From: Macrostomum hystrix
Taxonomy: Eukaryota; Animalia; Platyhelminthes
Length of the DNA: 64,000 nt
Reading direction: 5' to 3'
Assembly: GCA_950097015.1 (NCBI GenBank)
Contig: CATNEN010000008.1
Span: forward strand, 2,790,001-2,854,000
Made by a program: the position numbers and the translations under genes
Shown here: in pieces, positions 60,583-64,000 of the stretch
Layout of the letters: every line of letters starts with the position of its first letter
Position numbering within the stretch: the stretch's first letter is position 1
Notes under the pieces: model-generated
Told to the model about the DNA's origin: nothing
The model's input: the letters and a program-made list of their open reading frames with translations, nothing else
The model's database searches: none

Positions 60583-62552
60583 ATTTCTAACTGAAGATAG
60601 ACTCAATCCAGAAAACGAAAAGTTTTATTCAGATCTGTGAGCTGATTCCTTCGTCTTTGCTTCCTATACTATCGAAACGGGAGCAAAAAGTGCTTGCTGA
60701 CTTGCACAGCCTTTTTTACATGCCTCCACATTAGTACAGTAAATCTGGACCCTGCTGTCTGTCCTTCTCGTTATCCATTACCATTAGGCGCCTATATACA
60801 ACTTATCTTTATTACAGCCATACGGAACCAACAGGAATGAGAGGCAGCAGAACAAGTCTAAGTGGATATAGCACGTGCTGTACAGCAAAGGAATTTTTGG
60901 GACACTGGTAATTTAAATGGTCGATTTACTTTTGTTCGGAAACAAGCTAATGGATGCACTATATAATTGAAAAAATGTCAAGTTTTTATTATTACTAAAT
61001 CCACAGAGTACATTGTAAAGTGGACAAGCGAATGTCGACAAAGTGGAATCAGAAGCAGAACAATGTCCACCCGTGCCACGAACCAAGATTCATTACACAA
61101 GAAAGCGTGGGCAGGGCAGGAGGACACTTTCGTTGCAAATCGGGATAAAGAAATGTGGCCTGCAAGAGGGGGTTGGAGAGAGCGAAAGGGTGAAAGGGCA
61201 AGCAGTTGGTAACCAGATGAGGATAAATTATTCCCCACATCTTCATTTCATATATTTCACATTTTCCTTTTCTTAATTTCCTCCCATCCATTTAAGTGCT
61301 TTTATGGGTGGAAATAACAAAGCTTAGGGAATCGGATATTTCCCAGCAATATAGCCGCGAAAGTTTATCCGGCAATCTGGTTGCATCTATCCTACTTAGA
61401 CGAGTAGCAACATTGGTAGCACACACATCAATGCGATCAGTTTAACACAGTAAACACGCCTTTACTACTTGCCTAGCGGTAGTAGTATGGCCTGACTAAA
61501 ATATTGATACAAATGGAAATGATCGGCACGCGAACCAATCCAGGAAGCTGAGCCGGAAGCTTCATCTCACCATCTACTCAACCGAATCACTTATATATAA
61601 AAGTGTTTCCTGGCTCCATTCAGGTGTAACAATGAATCGAAAAATATTGACTGCAAGACTAGGAATATTTTCTAGCTGATTGTTCATGTTCGCGAAACTC
61701 GGAACTGGCTGACTTTGAGTCGATAGATCGTGTCTTAGATCGCCTGCTGCTCCAGTCTCTCTCTCTCTCTTTCTAGTGAAATATTAATGCAACAAGACAG
61801 GCAATGGGTCCCCCTCCTCAGCCAGTCATCGGACGGCCTTGAAAGAAGAAAAAAAATAGTCGAATACTAGGAATCGAGCGAACGGCTACAGAGACTATGG
61901 ACAGAAAGCCGCCGCTTACCCTGCTGAAGCCGCTAGGCGGAACGAATATTAAATTAAATTAATAATTTAACAAGCGCCGACTCAGTAGATCGCCGATGTT
62001 GCGGCAGGAGAGAGATAGAGAGAGCCAACAAGGCTTTGAGCACACATATCAATCATTTCGATGCAGCTTTACGCACAGGACCGATCAAATTTTGAGTCAG
62101 AGCGGGAGACACTCAATTGGTAGCGAGTAGTGGGCACTGGCTAGTGCGAAATGAGCGATGGACAAATTGTGCTACTTGTGGAAGTCCAGTATATGAATGT
62201 AGTATATTTAAGCAGACTAGAACTAATTAAGATTATTAAGATTAATAGGTAAAGATAGGAAATTTGTCAGATAGACTTAGACAATAGAGATGGGACAGTT
62301 TAGAGTAATAAGTGAGTGAAATAATGTGAAATAGCAGGAAATGAGTGAAGAAGTGAAGAGTGAAGAAAGTGAAATAAATTTCATCGTAGAGTTTAGACTC
62401 AAAATAGGAGACGATATGTATCGAAAAAGTAATAACTAGAGAAATGGTTTTATGAAAATTTCAGAGTCTTATATAAATTTTGGGTAGGAAAGAGGATATG
62501 AAAAAGTCACTGTTAAGTCCCATTTTTGTATGTCCGAATTCTGTAGTTAGGC

Positions 62553-62790
62553 TACACACGCACACAGATACCGTACGCAGGCACACACTCACACAGGTTT
62601 TCTCATCGTCTGGCAGTGTACACTCTCACTGTGCCTTGGAGGTTGGCCCTCATGGGCGTAAATTGCACGACAAGCCCCCAAGCCTTTTTATCGCGGCTGC
62701 GCCCCAAATAATTGTGGCCTGGCCGCGGAATCGAGCTCAGGGACCATGGCGCGAGAGGCAAACGCGTTAACCGCTCTGCCACCGATTCCC
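62553..62790 (-). mobile_element. tRNA-derived SINE, head plus partial body
   Basis: Minus-strand A-box TGGCAGAGCGG and B-box-like GAGCTCGATTCC; body matches the 48645-48964 copy. Confidence 0.87.
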
Positions 62791-63683
62791 ATGTGGATGG
62801 ATAGAATGGATAGAATGGATAGAATGGATAGAAATAATCATTGTCGGGCCAAATAAACAGCTAGTGACAAAGCCGCAGCTATTTATTCATAAATTAATGG
62901 ACATTAACAGGATTTAATAAAAAATATTCAGATCTCACCGATGAGAACATTGTCGATCTGGTATCAAATAGAATACCGAAAATAAATCTATATTTATTGC
63001 TAGTCTGGGTTAAATACTAAATTTCAAACAGTCGGTTGTCCACAGACAAGAGTCTGTAAAGTATAATATAAAGCTGCAGTTGGACGGGCTGTGAATAGGA
63101 AACTGGAGGCTGTGGACAATGCAAGGAATAGGTAGAGAGGGTAACAGAACTGACGTGGCCCAGCCAATCACCAATGATAGGTCAAATCTATCGGCTATTG
63201 GCTGCCGTTTTGTACTTTAAAACATTCATTCTCATGCACGAAATTCCCCTCCATTCTCTGGGATTATTTTATGTCGACAAAAATGACGCGAACGGATATT
63301 GAGGCGTCAATGAGTTCGAGCTAATGGGAGATTAATGGGATTTTGCGAGTTAGCTAGCGAGTGGAGCCGGTGTCAAATAATCCCAACAGGGTCTCAGTAG
63401 AGGCCAGGCGAGGCCACTAGAAGCTTGAGTGCAACAATCTGGGACATCCACCTGCGTAAGCAACCAACTGAAATATTGCAACGGAAGAAAGCTAGATTAA
63501 AAGAACATATCGGATTTTGGTGAAAGCTTGTTGTGCCAATGCAGAATTGACACACAGGTGGTTGTGCATCTTAACAATTTAAACATTTAAACATGTATAA
63601 AAGTGAACAAAATGACTTTGTTTTGATAAAGTTATACACGTTAATCGTTAAAAATAGTGAGAAACACAACAGGAACACTAACA

Positions 63684-64000
63684 CACAGGTTAGTAGGGAT
63701 CACAGGATAGTAGGGATCACAGGATAGTAGGGATCACAGGATAGTAGGGATCACAGGATAGTAGGGATCACAGGATAGTAGGGATCACAGGTTAGTAGGG
63801 ATCACAGGATAGTAGGGATCACAGGTTAGTAGGGATCACAGGATAGTAGGGATCACAGGATAGTAGGGATCACAGGTTAGTAGGGATCACAGGTTAGTAG
63901 GGATCACAGGATAGTAGGGATCACAGGTTAGTAGGGATCACAGGTTAGTAGGGATCACAGGTTAGTAGGGATCACAGGTTAGTAGGGATCACAGGATAGT
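63684..64000. repeat. 17-bp minisatellite (AGTAGGGATCACAGG[A/T]T), runs off the window end
   Basis: 17-nt periodicity. Confidence 0.96.

Noticed and set aside
61860-61990. Minus-strand donor CAGG|GTAAGC at about 61919 as an upstream RhoGAP exon
   Set aside because: No convincing open exon or acceptor could be tied to it; it may be a non-coding 5' exon but this is unsupported.

Overview
Eukaryotic (metazoan) genomic DNA. The style is GC-rich exons with poly-Q/A/G, GT-AG introns and roughly 35-40% of the window in more than 30 different minisatellites. It resembles the flatworm Macrostomum, but this is inference and the organism cannot be established from the window. Most long ORFs in the ORF track are translations of repeats. 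Spliced genes reconstructed by hand: (+) a KIRREL/NEPH1-like 5-Ig transmembrane protein (19469-35555), and a co-oriented (-) cluster of an ARHGAP21/23-like PH-RhoGAP, an intronless dUTPase, Bora and Rab27. There is also a poorly defined (-) gene at about 2.9-5.3 kb. Mobile DNA: a full-length Gmr1-like Ty3/Gypsy element (PR-INT-RT-RH order, identical 156-bp LTRs, 5-bp TSD, two in-frame TAG stops) in Rab27 intron 1, a hAT-type MITE with an 8-bp TSD, a 5'-truncated RNase H-bearing non-LTR retrotransposon in a CAG tract, and five copies of one tRNA-derived SINE. Most notable: (1) minisatellites seeded from splice junctions, including one intron made entirely of repeat and an array of about 55-60 copies of a functional donor site; (2) a Rab27 ORF with no ATG of its own, beginning at a phase-0 acceptor, which fits a spliced-leader-donated AUG in a possible operon; (3) the same 37-bp repeat immediately after the stop codons of two unrelated genes.
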